Shown: piece by piece, positions 15,932 through 26,479 of the stretch | Layout of the letters: each line of letters opens with the position of its first letter | How positions within the stretch are numbered: position 1 is the stretch's first letter | Source of the DNA: an uncultured Verrucomicrobiae bacterium | GTDB lineage: Bacteria; Verrucomicrobiota; Verrucomicrobiia; Limisphaerales; JAFGQR01 | Assembly (NCBI GenBank): GCA_963788655.1 | Contig: CAWBHS010000060.1 | Location: 1 to 64,000, forward strand | DNA: 64,000 nucleotides | Direction: 5' to 3' | The notes under the pieces: model-generated | Databases searched by the model: none | Told to the model about the DNA's origin: nothing | The model's input: the letters and a program-made list of their open reading frames with translations, nothing else | Made by a program: the position numbers and the translations under genes

Positions 15932-18295
15932 TTACAGTTGGCATGTGAGTGGGGCCGGGGAGGGATGAGCGCGCTTTTGCGGCTGGTGTTCAAGAATTGC
16001 CTCGAGGGCGCTGACGATTTGGTGGAGCGTGTCGCGGGAGGTCGCTGCCACCAGCGGTGGGCGTTGCCGTTTTTCCAACCGGATCTTGCTGGGAATTTCC
16101 TGCGGATCCTGAATCAAAACCAATCGCCCCTGTGCCTGCAGTGCCCGATCCACGGCGCCCAGCGGGCCGCAGAAGAGGCTATACACCGGCACGCCGAGGG
16201 CGGCGGCTTCCCGGTTCATGGTTCCCCCGCCACTCACCACCAGGTCCGAGTGCCAGATGAGGTTCATGCCATCGACGGCGGAATCCGGGATCAGGGTGTG
16301 ATCGTCGGCAAACCATTGTGGCCAGTGTCCCCGCAGCCAGTCACGTTGTTTGCGGTTGCGCGGCAACAAGACAATGCGGGTGTGCGGGGCCTGACTGGCT
16401 TGCTCCATGAACCGCACAAAAAGCGCTTCGCCATCCGGATTATGATAATGGGCTTCCGTGGCCGGCGGCCGAACCGTAATAAGCAAGTCCGTCTCGCTGA
16501 TTCCCAGTTGACCGAGGATGCGAGGATCCGGGCGCAGTTTCCAGGCGTAAACATCCTCTTTGAGGCCCGCATATTTGCGGATGTGGCCATTGCCAAACGA
16601 GAAGGCCTCGCTAGGAATCACTTCGGGAACCAGGATCCATTGGGGACGCATCAGGGGCGGATATTGGGCGTGCTCGTAATCCTCGACGAGCACGGTGGGG
16701 ATGCCCGTCAGGTTGCTGAGGATGATCTGGGATCGCGCGCCGTGGGAGACGGCCAGGGCGGGTCGTTCGCGCCACACGGCCGGGGCCAGTTGCAGGGCGC
16801 GGTAAAGGAGGGCCAGGACTTTTAACAGGCGGTTTCGACCGTAATGCCGGCCAATCTTCAGGTAAGGCAATTGTTTCTGGTCGGCCAACTCACAGACTTG
16901 AAACGCATCGCGGGCCGTGACCAACACCGGGTAACCCCGGCGCTGTAATTCGTCGATGATCGGCTCGAAGAAGGGCACGTGGGGCGTGTTATCCAGATCG
17001 ATCCAAATCTTTTCACGCGGGGAGCGGTGACTGGGCGAGTTGGTTAAGATCGTGTTTGAAAAGAGTGATCGCCGAGGTGAGGCGGCAGATTCGCCAGCGC
17101 CACGTGGCCACACGGTCCACCTCCTCACGTCGGTGGCTACAGGTTTCCCAGCTTCCAAGTCGCGTTCGGGGGCAATGGTGGGGTTTGCAGACGGCGACGA
17201 TTGAAGGTGGCACAAGCTGGTTTTTACAAACTGCGCAACGTCTTTTGGCAGGGCATGCCAGTAGTCGCTGTGGTACTTGGCCCGCGCGTAATCCAGAAAC
17301 TCCCGATACATGCGGGCGGGATAGTGCCACGGCTTGGAAGCGCCCCCCGAGAATGACAGGTAATCCGGATGCACATCCAGTAGAGCCATACCCCCGCGGC
17401 TGGCAATCCAATCCAATTTCCGTTTCCAGATGTCAATCGTCTGTTCCTGCAAGAGAATGTACAGGCAAAAATCCTGCGGGAGGGTGTAGGGGAGTTCGAC
17501 GTAGCCGGGCCTGGATGCCGGGAGCGGGATTTTTCCAAAAGCTGAAATGCTGAAATGCTGAGACGCTGAAATGGATGGCGGATGCGAGATGCGGGATGCG
17601 GGATCAGATGCTAAATCCGGGATGCCTGATGCGGGATGCTGAAAGCTGGATACTGGATGCCGGATACTGGATGCCGGAGGGTGAGCACCGGGGGCGGGGA
17701 CCCAGAAGGGGAAGATGGTGTCGGCACCGTCGGGTTGTGGTTCGAAGGGGTCGGTGTCGAACGTCGAAGCATCATATTCGATGTTCAGGTCGTGCAACCA
17801 TTCCAGGTTGTGCAACATGAAGCCGGAGCGGAAGCCGACGACGTTCCAGTCCTTCAAGTGCCGGTTGATGCGTTCGGCGTTTCGTTTGAAACTGCCCCGG
17901 CTGCGATAGAGTTTCCCATCATGCTTAAGGTCATGCACCCCGACTTCGAATCCGTTTTCAGCAAGCCAGGTGCGGAGGGCGGAGGGCACCGTGTAGGAAC
18001 CCTCCGGAACAAAGTTGAACGAAGAGCGGAAATTCAACCGCCGCTCCATGGCCGTTAATTCGCGGCAGCACTCCAATCCCTCAGCGGTTTCGACGTCATG
18101 TGTCAGGACAAAGGCAAACTTTTTTCCACCCGGCCATCCCGGCCATCCTGCGGGAGCGTGCCCGGCCGTCTGCTTGATGGGCCAGACGTGCGTGTAATGC
18201 CGCCGGATTCGCCGATACCACAGGCGTCGCAAACTCAGGCGGAGCCGCCAAGGGAGGTACGGCTTAAAGTGGTAGTAAAAGTATCGGAGGAACAC
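15932..18295 (-). CDS. Polysaccharide deacetylase-like domain fused to a DUF354 (GT-B-like) domain
   Basis: FAFVLTHDVE, GVHDLKHDG, GFRSG, YDASTFDTDP, HPDY; then KIWIDLDNTPHVPFF, SGGGTMNREAAALGVP. Confidence 0.8.
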   Translation of the reverse strand: MFLRYFYYHFKPYLPWRLRLSLRRLWYRRIRRHYTHVWPIKQTAGHAPAGWPGWPGGKKFAFVLTHDVETAEGLECCRELTAMERRLNFRSSFNFVPEGSYTVPSALRTWLAENGFEVGVHDLKHDGKLYRSRGSFKRNAERINRHLKDWNVVGFRSGFMLHNLEWLHDLNIEYDASTFDTDPFEPQPDGADTIFPFWVPAPGAHPPASSIRHPVSSFQHPASGIPDLASDPASRISHPPSISASQHFSISAFGKIPLPASRPGYVELPYTLPQDFCLYILLQEQTIDIWKRKLDWIASRGGMALLDVHPDYLSFSGGASKPWHYPARMYREFLDYARAKYHSDYWHALPKDVAQFVKTSLCHLQSSPSANPTIAPERDLEAGKPVATDVRRWTVWPRGAGESAASPRRSLFSNTILTNSPSHRSPREKIWIDLDNTPHVPFFEPIIDELQRRGYPVLVTARDAFQVCELADQKQLPYLKIGRHYGRNRLLKVLALLYRALQLAPAVWRERPALAVSHGARSQIILSNLTGIPTVLVEDYEHAQYPPLMRPQWILVPEVIPSEAFSFGNGHIRKYAGLKEDVYAWKLRPDPRILGQLGISETDLLITVRPPATEAHYHNPDGEALFVRFMEQASQAPHTRIVLLPRNRKQRDWLRGHWPQWFADDHTLIPDSAVDGMNLIWHSDLVVSGGGTMNREAAALGVPVYSLFCGPLGAVDRALQAQGRLVLIQDPQEIPSKIRLEKRQRPPLVAATSRDTLHQIVSALEAILEHQPQKRAHPSPAPLTCQL

Positions 18296-18440
18296 GGGGG
18301 GACGGAGGACGGAGGACAGAGGACGGAGATCAGCCCGCAGGGGACAAGGAGGCAGGGGGCAGGTGGTCGGTAATCAGTGGTCGCTGGTCAGATGCCAGAT
18401 GTGGAACATTCTCAAATGCTGAAATGCTGAAAGACTGAAA
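18296..18440. repeat. Heptamer plus octamer composite spacer upstream of the deacetylase gene
   Basis: GGACGGAGGACGGAGGACAGAGG...ACATTCTCAAATGCTGAAATGCTGAAA. Confidence 0.8.
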
Positions 18441-18462
18441 ATGGGGGGGGATTAATTAACCA

Positions 18463-20440
18463 GTAGAGTAGAGAGGAAAGCACGGAATGAAAGGCCCGAA
18501 AACCAATGACCGCCGCTTCCCTCTCCCTCGTCGAACCGGACATGGAGATTTCCCCCATCCGGCTCTCGCCAGTGTCGGCTCTTCCACAAAGCATTCACAA
18601 CGCAACCAGTCCCAGATGGTCCAAGTGAGCATACAGGCTGACGCCCTCACGGGCTCGCCAACCCCGTTGGCTGCGACGTTGCAGATGCCGTCCCAACCGA
18701 TACCGCACGAAGTGATTGAGCTGACGAAATGCCTTCCGCGGATAGCCCAACTTGAAGTAGTTGGACCAACCCCGCAGGTGACGGTTCACCCGTCCAATCA
18801 ACTCCGGCATGGGCGTATGACTCTGATGCGGGTTGATCAACCCTCGCAACGCTTTCCGTTCCCGCTCCATCGTTTTGCGCGACGGTTCCAGGTTCCAGTA
18901 ACGCTGCGGCCGACCGTATTGATCGCGGTCATACCGAAAGGTGTAGCCCAGGAAATCCAGGCTCTGGCCCGATTGCTTCAAATCCACGATCCGAGTTTTA
19001 TCCCGGTTGATTTGCAGGTCCAGCCAGCCTTCCAGTTTGCCCTCGATCCATTCCCGCAACTTCGGACTGATGTAGCGAGCCATGACCACGAAGTCGTCCG
19101 CGTAACGGATCAGCTTCGCTTTGGCCCATTGCGCCGGTCCATCTCCTCGTTGGAAGAGGTGGTCGAACCAGTGCAAATAGACATTGGCCAGCAAAGGCGA
19201 AAGCACTCCACCTTGGGGGGTGCCCCGGTCGTTGCGTCGCACCGTGGGTGGTTGTCCCCCTGGGGGCGGTTCCACCACCGGCGCCTTGAGCCATTGTCGG
19301 ATCAGTCCCAGGACCGAACCGTCCACCACGCGCATCCGCACGCAAGCGATCAGCTTATCGTGGGGAATGCTGTCGAAGTAGCCAGCCAGATCCGCATCAT
19401 ACACCGCCGTTTGACCCTCCTTCAGGTGCTGTTGGATGGCGCGCAAGGCATCGTGCGCCGATCGTCCGGGCCGAAACCCGTGGGAGCAGTCTTCAAAGTC
19501 GGCTTCGAAGATCGGCTCCAGGATCAGCAACACCGCCGCTTGCACCACCCGGTCCCGCACCGTCGGAATGCCCAACGGCCGCAACTTGCCGTTGGCCTTC
19601 GAGATATACACCCGCCGCACCGCTTGGGCACGATAGGTTTTGTCCCTCAGGCTCCGTTCGATCTCGGACAGAAATGCCGCTTCGCTTTCCGGCGTCGTGG
19701 TGATCTGTTCGATGCTCACTCCGTCCACGCCCGGCGCACCGTCGTTGCGCCGCACCGCGGCCCAAGCCGCTTGCAGCACGTCGGTTCGATACACCAAAGC
19801 GTAGAGACTGTAGAAGCGAAACCGCTTCTGTTGTTTGGCTTTCTGGCCCAGCTTCTGTCTCAGTTCCCGCAGGCTCGGCGGCAGGATCGCTTCCCGGAAG
19901 GAAAGTTCCTCCACCGCTTCTTCTGTTGTAGGAATGAACTCCATCCCAATCAGCTCCGGATTCCTCTGACTCGGCTTGACTCTGGCCAGGGCTCCTTGGC
20001 TCCCTGCCAACTTGATCGGCAGATCGACGCTACTATGAGCCCATCCGACGCCGCGATTCGGCCCCACCAGCGGTTATGGCTTCCCGCCAGGGGTTGTCCT
20101 GCGTTACAGGCCAGGACTCCGAACCGGGCCTCCCAAGTTCCCAGTGGTTCTTTCTGCGCGCGCTGTCTCCTCTCACCCCGGGGAGTCCGGTCGGTGCATG
20201 GGATCGAATCTTCCCGACCGATGCGGGCTTCACCACATCCGGCAGGCTGGCCACTCCCAGTTTTGTGTAACGAGGCCGAACCGAGTTCGCGGAACGCTAC
20301 GGCTCGCGCATTGGCCTTCCCCAGCTTCAACGGGCAGGATCGCTCCCACCCGCTTAAGGGTCGGCTACATGACTCTCGACCATTTATCATGGTTAACACG
20401 TTGCAGTTAACAAGAACCACCAAGCTTGCTTGGCGCTTTC
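18463..20440 (-). mobile_element. RT-encoding group II intron (~1.98 kb)
   Basis: Domain V GAGCCGGATGGGGGAAATCTCCATGTCCGGTTC; 3' end CTACTCTAC; 5' end GAAAGCGCC...; removal restores AACCA|CAGAGAGCACAGAG. Confidence 0.9.
18595..19944 (-). CDS. ltrA: Group II intron reverse transcriptase/maturase, no endonuclease domain
   Basis: [59 protein letters not shown]; start uncertain. Confidence 0.95.
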   Translation of the reverse strand: MEFIPTTEEAVEELSFREAILPPSLRELRQKLGQKAKQQKRFRFYSLYALVYRTDVLQAAWAAVRRNDGAPGVDGVSIEQITTTPESEAAFLSEIERSLRDKTYRAQAVRRVYISKANGKLRPLGIPTVRDRVVQAAVLLILEPIFEADFEDCSHGFRPGRSAHDALRAIQQHLKEGQTAVYDADLAGYFDSIPHDKLIACVRMRVVDGSVLGLIRQWLKAPVVEPPPGGQPPTVRRNDRGTPQGGVLSPLLANVYLHWFDHLFQRGDGPAQWAKAKLIRYADDFVVMARYISPKLREWIEGKLEGWLDLQINRDKTRIVDLKQSGQSLDFLGYTFRYDRDQYGRPQRYWNLEPSRKTMERERKALRGLINPHQSHTPMPELIGRVNRHLRGWSNYFKLGYPRKAFRQLNHFVRYRLGRHLQRRSQRGWRAREGVSLYAHLDHLGLVAL

Positions 20441-20795
20441 CAGAGAGCACAGAGGACGATTTCAACAGAACATCTTGGAACATGCCTTCTACCGAGGTTC
20501 AGACATACTTTCAAAATGGTGCAGCTTTTTGCGGTCTGTGCGATCTTTGCGGTTAAATTCCTTTGTTTTGATTTCGTCTCTGGTTGGCGAGGCGCCAACC
20601 GGGGCGCCCGGGGCGGGCGCGCTCCCCACTGGTACACGCTGCCGCACTTGGCCAAGTCCCTTTCATGGGACTTGGCGTTACCACCGGCACTATGCACAAA
20701 ATTCGTGCCACTGAGTTACACCAGTTCCTTCCCTGGTACGACCGGTCTTTTTACCGGCGCTTATTCCAGTTCCCATTCAAGATGAGACTTCAATC

Positions 20796-20864
20796 GGAGC
20801 GCGGACATTCCTGTCCGCTCGTGCAACGCAATCCCCGCCGAGCGGACAGGAATGTCCGCGCTCC
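20796..20864. repeat. Perfect 26-bp inverted repeat (REP-like family B) downstream of wzc
   Basis: GGAGCGCGGACATTCCTGTCCGCTCG ... CGAGCGGACAGGAATGTCCGCGCTCC. Confidence 0.9.
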
Positions 20865-20942
20865 AATCCGCTTCCGCATTAGTTTCAACTTGCAAGCAAA
20901 ATGGAATTAACTTCGGTCACCGCCCCACGGCAGCGACTACCG

Positions 20943-23212
20943 TCATATTTCTTCGTGCAGCCAGCGGGGCAGGTAGTTCTGCTTGCGATTCATTACCGTA
21001 GCGACATTTTCGTTCGAAAGCTTGAGCAGTTTGACGGCGTCCTGCGCCAGGTCCCGATGCGTCTTCTCCGCTTCCACGACCATCAAAATGGTATCAAAAA
21101 ACGGAGCCAACCCTACCGTCGGACTGGTTTGGGTAACCGGCGGCATGTCGAAGATGATGTAGTCAAAATCACTGGCTTTCAGCTTGGGAACCAAATGATT
21201 GAAACGCTGAGGGAAAATCGGCGTTTCAGTGCCATTGCCGTTGCCTCCGGCTGCCCGACGCCACATACAGGTTCTCCTGGGTTGGTTTCACGCTTTTGCT
21301 TCCGCCTTCGATGGCCTCGATCAGACCACAACCGTTCTTGCCTTTGTAAAAGGGATGTCCCGCCGCGCCGAGCGGAAGGTTCATGTCCACCAGCAGCACA
21401 TTGCCTTCCCCAGTTTCGGAAAGCGTGGCTGCCAAGCCAGTGGCAATCGTCGTGACTCCGGATCCGTGCGCGCATCCGGTGACAGCCACCAGCTTGGGCT
21501 TGTGGGTCATGTTCTTGCTCTGGAAAAACATCATCAACCGGTCGCGCAAGGCTTCCGCGTAAGGCCGGACAGAAGGCAGCAAGGTGCCCGGAGTCGTGCT
21601 GGTTGGAGCGGTGATTGCCACCTGCGGTGGTTGCGGGTAACATTGTTTCCGGCGGGGCAGGGAGCGGTTGCCGGGGTAACGGGCACCACTTTTTGTTTGC
21701 GCCGGCGGAATCGAAATTTCTTGATCTTAGCATGCCCATTCTTGGAAAAGTCAGGCAGAGAAATGAACAGCGGAATTCCCAGTCGGCCTTCAACCTCCGC
21801 GGGCCGGCGCAACTTGTGATTGAGAAGCAATTCAAAGAGCAAGGCAAAGCCGAGTCCGCCGAACAAACCCAGGGCGACTGCGGCGCCCATGCTCTTCATC
21901 AGGGAGGAAGGATCGCGGAACGGCGGGGAAGGTTGCTGAACCCGGCTGATGTTGGATACGGTTCCTGGCTTGAGTTCGTCAGCAATTTGCGCTTGGTCCA
22001 AGGGTACTGGAGTAGGTCCACAGGTTGGTTTCCGCCAGCGACTTCTTTCGTTGCCAGTCGCTAATCTGGGTGTCCAACACGTCCAACTTGGCTAGCTTTT
22101 CGGCAAGCAGGCCCAACTGTTCGCTGAGCACGTTGGTCCGTACCATCAAAGCGGGAACGGACAGGTACTTGATCCATGGTGCCGGCTGGTCCCGTCCGAA
22201 CGCCGGACAAGGGTTCACTTTGGGTGGTTAGCGACGGATTCTCCGATTCCATCTTTGTTTTGAGCGCCTGCGTCTCGGCGATCTGCTGCCGAGTTTGCGC
22301 GAGGATGCTATTGGTTTCGGTTAGTTCGAGCTGTTGTTCGAGCTCCTTGTTACGCAACAAAGCAAGCCGATTGACGACATTTCGATAGCGCGCTAGTTGA
22401 TCGGTGCCGGCCGGCGGGGTGGTGGGAAGACTATTGGTTGGAGGTTTGCTGCCTTGTTTTTCTTGCAGGCCAAGGCGCTGCTTCAACTCGACATCAGCGT
22501 TCATCAGTTCCTGCTGTAGCATGCTGAACTGCTGCGAGCAGGTCTTCTTGGCGTCGGCAATGGAGAGGCCGCCAATTTTCAACCGCAAGCTATCGATTTG
22601 TGCTTCGGCGGTGGCAACTTCTCCTTTGAAGCGATCCCGCTGCTTGGTCAGAAAATCATTATGCATGCCCACTTCAAGATGGATTTGCAAGTGCCGGTCC
22701 AAATAACTCTTGATCAATTCATCCAAGACCTTTTGGGCGACTTCGGGATCAGCGTGTGCAAAGGAAATCTTGATGATATTGCTGAGCCGAGGGACTTCAA
22801 TTCTCAGGTTCTTGACGATTATCGCCGCGGCGGCTGCGGAACTGGCGGCTCCTGCGCCTTTGCCCAAGATCTTTTCGGTACCCACGTTCTCGGCGGCTTT
22901 CTGAGCAACATCAAAGCTGGTGAGGATTTCCAGTTCGGAATTCATGATGTTCCGTCCGCTGCGATCCGGGGAGTTGACCCGACTGCCATCGCCAACTTCC
23001 TCCATCGATTTGGTATCACTGACGTAGCGAACAAACAGGCTCGCGTTCGAGCGATAAATCGGCTTGCTGGTAAAGAATAGAAACACCGCGGCCAGCAATC
23101 CAGCGGCAAAGAAGCCAAGGATCACCCACTTGCGCCGGAAGAGCGCATAATAGACGTCGTCCAGTTTGATGCTGGTGACCGGAGGTCCGGGTGGCTTGCG
23201 GTTGGGGGTCAT
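20943..23212 (-). CDS. Wzc/GumC-type chain-length regulator with tyrosine-kinase-like domain (frameshifted)
   Basis: LFRRKWVIL, NSELEILTS, coiled coil, SNISRVQQPSPP, VAVTGCAHGSGVTTIA, LLVDMN, FDYIIFDMPP. Confidence 0.88.
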
Positions 23213-23270
23213 GACGTCTCCGTTCGATTGGTCAAGCCGTGGCGGCTTAGCCGTAACGATTCAGTGGAAA

Positions 23271-23750
23271 GGGGAGCGCGCCCGCCTCGGGCGCCGTGGT
23301 TGGCGCCTCGCCAACCACTTCCGAGCATTCCGAATAGGTCACCATTCAGTGACGGCTCAGTCGCGGGGCCAACCGGTGGGGGCGCCGGCTGGTAGCGCCC
23401 GAGGCGGGCGCGCTCCCCAAACACGACTGCATATTGCATTCGGCAAAAATGAGCCTCCTCACGTCGGCGGCTACCATTCTTAAACGATTGCGCCATGACT
23501 ACGCTATCAACAAATCCGGGTAGGGCAAGACTCCGTCGAGCCGTGACTTTTGCCGGACGAAGAATTTTAGCATCCCTTTCAAAATGTAGCCGCCGAGGTA
23601 ACGAGGCGGACGAGAGGTGCGAGTTTTCCCACGAAATCCGCCTCCTCATGTCGGCAGCTACAAGCGACGGGGTGTTTTTAAACGCGCTGCTTAGCTCGAC
23701 GGAGTCTCGCCCTACCGAAGCTTTGTGTTCATTGGTGTTCATTCGTGGTT
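23271..23750. repeat. Cluster of nested REP-like palindromes (families A, C, D and an AACCACGAAT repeat)
   Basis: Family A pair 23271-23418; family C arms 23519-23541 and 23694-23716 enclose family D 23585-23662. Confidence 0.85.
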
Positions 23751-23755
23751 CTCGA

Positions 23756-24864
23756 TCAAGCGATATGCCGGTAGAGCAATTCCCCAGTAACCGCGAAAAG
23801 ATGCACGGCAGAATGCCGAACATGCGATTGTACCAGCCGTTGGCCCGATCGGAGTCAACGACAAAAGCGTCGCGTCTTAGATCGTAATTGAAGTAATCAA
23901 TCTTCGATTCCTGGGCGCCCCAGCCGGATTTGAAACGGCGAAGCCCTTCGTTGGCCAACGACGTTCTCCCCAGGTGCAGCGAAGCGCATCCCTGTCGCGC
24001 ACACCATTTCATGCCCTCCCACATTACCAAATTGTTCCCGCGGAGATGGAGGAACGTTTCATCGGAGGCGCCGTATTTGTAAATGGCCTGAGTTGCCCCA
24101 AAGAAAGAACACTGCCGCGGCCACCGGTTGGCTATCAAGCTTCGCCAACACCACGATTCCCTGTCCGGAAGCAAGAACATGTCGTTGGATATTTCGAAAG
24201 AAAGTGAACGGCTGAGGTGGCAGACCGTGCTTCCGGCGGGTCCGGCAGTGCAAACGATAGAACGTCCGCACCGCTGCTTCCGTGCCGCTGACTTCCACGC
24301 TCAGCCCGGAGGATTGTGCTTTGCGAATGGCACGTCGCACGCCGTCGTGAAAGCCCGCAAACAAGCGAGTTTCATCGGCGATCAATTCCAATTCATGCCC
24401 GTAGTAAGCCAGCGAAGAAGGCGCGCCTTCCACCGGAGCCTGGCCCCCGCGGCATTCCACATACTTCCAATGTCGGCTTTGACCGTATTCGATTAATTCC
24501 TGAAACATTCCAGGAAATGGAAATAACTCGCTGGAAAGCGGTTCGCAGAAATCGGTGAACGGTAGCGAGACGCCTCGACGCCCAGTCAAGACGCTGTCGA
24601 TCTCCATCAGCGGAAGGAGTGCGTTCAAGTGACGTTCCGACGTTAGCGTCAAATACCGGGGTTTGAATCCATAACTGTCGCTCAAAACGCGGGCCCAGGC
24701 CGAGCCATGAAAGAAACTGCTCTGTGGGTGGGCCATGACCATGGCATCCCAACCAGGCACCGCCATCGGATCCACCCACTCCGGCGAAAGCGGGCGGACG
24801 CCGGGCAGGCGGCGGGCAGCACCTCAGCATGAGGCGCGGTTTGGATGTCAAGCAACGAACTCAT
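23756..24864 (-). CDS. FemAB-like GNAT family acyltransferase (frameshifted)
   Basis: FFHGSAW, VSLPFTDFCEPL, RRAIRKA, TRRKHGLPPQP, YKYGASD, NNLVMWE, LGRTSLANEGLRRFKSGWG. Confidence 0.85.
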
Positions 24865-25975
24865 GTTCAGTTTTCTGCATCAGGCACTGCTTCAATTCCT
24901 GCGACACTATTTCGATCTGTTCGCGAGTCAATTCCGGAAACATCGGCAGGGAAAGGAACTCGTTGGCGCATTGCTCGGCCACCGGAAATGAGCCTGGTCC
25001 ATGGCCCAAGGAACGGTACGCTTCCTGAAGGTGGACCGGCACGGGATAATGAATTCCGCAGTAAATGTCTCTTGCCTTCAAGCGGTCAAGAATCTGGTCG
25101 CGCTGTTTTAGCCGCACCGCATACAAATGATAAACATGCTTCCGCTCTGGAGCCTCTTGGGGAAGAACCACGCCTTCCACAGCACCCAGAAGCTGCCCAT
25201 ACAACCGGGCGTGACTGCGACGTTGATCGTTGCCGGCCTGGAGATGTTTCAATTTGAGGTTAAGCACAGCGCCCTGGATGCCATCCATGCGCGAGTTCCA
25301 GCCGATGGAATCATGGTAATACTTGCGAGCCTGCCCGTGGTCACGCAATTCCAAAATCTTTTGCTTTAACGTTGGGTTGTTGGTCACCACGGCACCCGCT
25401 TCTCCAAAAGCGCCCAGGTTTTTTCCGGGATAAAAGCTGAAGCAACCAGCGACACCCAGCGCGCCCGCCTTTCGGCCGCGGTATTCGGCGCCGTGAGCTT
25501 GGCAGGCATCTTCGATTACGTGCAATCGGTGTCTTTGAGCCAGCTCAAGAATCGGATCCATGTCGGCGGTCTGCCCAAAAAGATGAACGGGGATGACGGC
25601 TTTGGTGTTGGGCGTGATGGCCCTCTCCAGCAGTGCGGGATTTAACGTATAGGTCTGGGGTTCAATATCGACAAATACCGGTTTGGCCCCGCTGTAACTG
25701 ATGGCTTCGGCGGTTGCCATGAAGGTGCTGGGCACGGTAATAACCTCATCGCCACGACCAATGCCCAACGCGAGGAGCGAAAGCCACAATGCTTCGGTGC
25801 CGCTGCCGACGCCAATTGCGTAAGTTGTCCCACAAAACGCGGCAAAATTGTGTTCGAATTCAGCAACGAAAGGTCCGCTGGCAAAAGCACTCTGGCGAAT
25901 GACTTGATCGATGGCGGCCAGGAATTCTTCCCGTAACGGCTCATGCTGCGCTGGAAGGTTTAGGAACGGTACCAT
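24848..25975 (-). CDS. DegT/DnrJ/EryC1/StrS aminotransferase (WbpE-like)
   Basis: SGTEAL, PVHLFGQ, EDACQAHG, SFYPGKNLGAFGEAG, NSRMD. Confidence 0.95.
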   Translation of the reverse strand: MVPFLNLPAQHEPLREEFLAAIDQVIRQSAFASGPFVAEFEHNFAAFCGTTYAIGVGSGTEALWLSLLALGIGRGDEVITVPSTFMATAEAISYSGAKPVFVDIEPQTYTLNPALLERAITPNTKAVIPVHLFGQTADMDPILELAQRHRLHVIEDACQAHGAEYRGRKAGALGVAGCFSFYPGKNLGAFGEAGAVVTNNPTLKQKILELRDHGQARKYYHDSIGWNSRMDGIQGAVLNLKLKHLQAGNDQRRSHARLYGQLLGAVEGVVLPQEAPERKHVYHLYAVRLKQRDQILDRLKARDIYCGIHYPVPVHLQEAYRSLGHGPGSFPVAEQCANEFLSLPMFPELTREQIEIVSQELKQCLMQKTEHEFVA

Positions 25976-26479
25976 TTAAGCGACCTCCGTTTCGCGAAGC
26001 ATTCTCAGCAGGCGGGCAGGATTTCCGGCCACCACACCATAAGCCGGAACATCTTGGGTGACGACGCTTCCAGCGCCCACCACGGCCCCCTCGCCTATGG
26101 TAATCCCGCAGAGCAGCGTCGCACTGGAGCCGATCGACGCACCCCGTCCAACCTGGGTGGGGACGCACACCCAGTCCTCCTCCGCCTGAAGTTCGCCATC
26201 CCGATTGGTCGCGCGCGGAAAGAGGTCGTTGATAAACGTCACATTATGGCCAATGAAAACCTCGTCTGCCAGAGTCACTCCTTCACAAATAAACGAGTGG
26301 CTGGAGATTTTGCATCGGTTACCAACGGTGGCTCCCTTCTGGATTTCCACGAAGGCACCGATGCGCACGCCGTCTCCGATGGTGCATCCATACAGGTTCG
26401 TGCAACCGTAAATCTGCACATTCTCTCCCAATTTCACATCAGGAGCAATTCGTTGGCAGGGGTCCGCTGCAGCCATCAT
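25976..26479 (-). CDS. Hexapeptide-repeat N-acetyltransferase (WbpD/FdtC-like)
   Basis: NLYGCTIG, FVEIQK, HSFICEGV, FINDLFPRA, GAGSVV, GNPAR. Confidence 0.92.
   Translation of the reverse strand: MMAAADPCQRIAPDVKLGENVQIYGCTNLYGCTIGDGVRIGAFVEIQKGATVGNRCKISSHSFICEGVTLADEVFIGHNVTFINDLFPRATNRDGELQAEEDWVCVPTQVGRGASIGSSATLLCGITIGEGAVVGAGSVVTQDVPAYGVVAGNPARLLRMLRETEVA

Noticed and set aside
18463..20440. DGR, retron or defence RT
   Set aside because: The RT has maturase motifs and flanking domain V/VI; no TR/VR pair seen; the four-helix-bundle genes (Avd-like fold) are more than 6 kb away and unlinked
18487..20556. 689-aa plus-strand ORF
   Set aside because: Antisense shadow of the intron RT
20651..20712. 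Hairpin GCCAAGTCCC-N6-GGGACTTGGC and a minus-strand sigma-54-like TGGCACGAATTTTGT
   Set aside because: The -12 element is GT rather than GC and the hairpin has no U-tract; not enough support to call
23209..23755. Long C-terminal extension of the GNAT ORF
   Set aside because: Frameshift read-through into the REP cluster; a plausible stop lies at 23756
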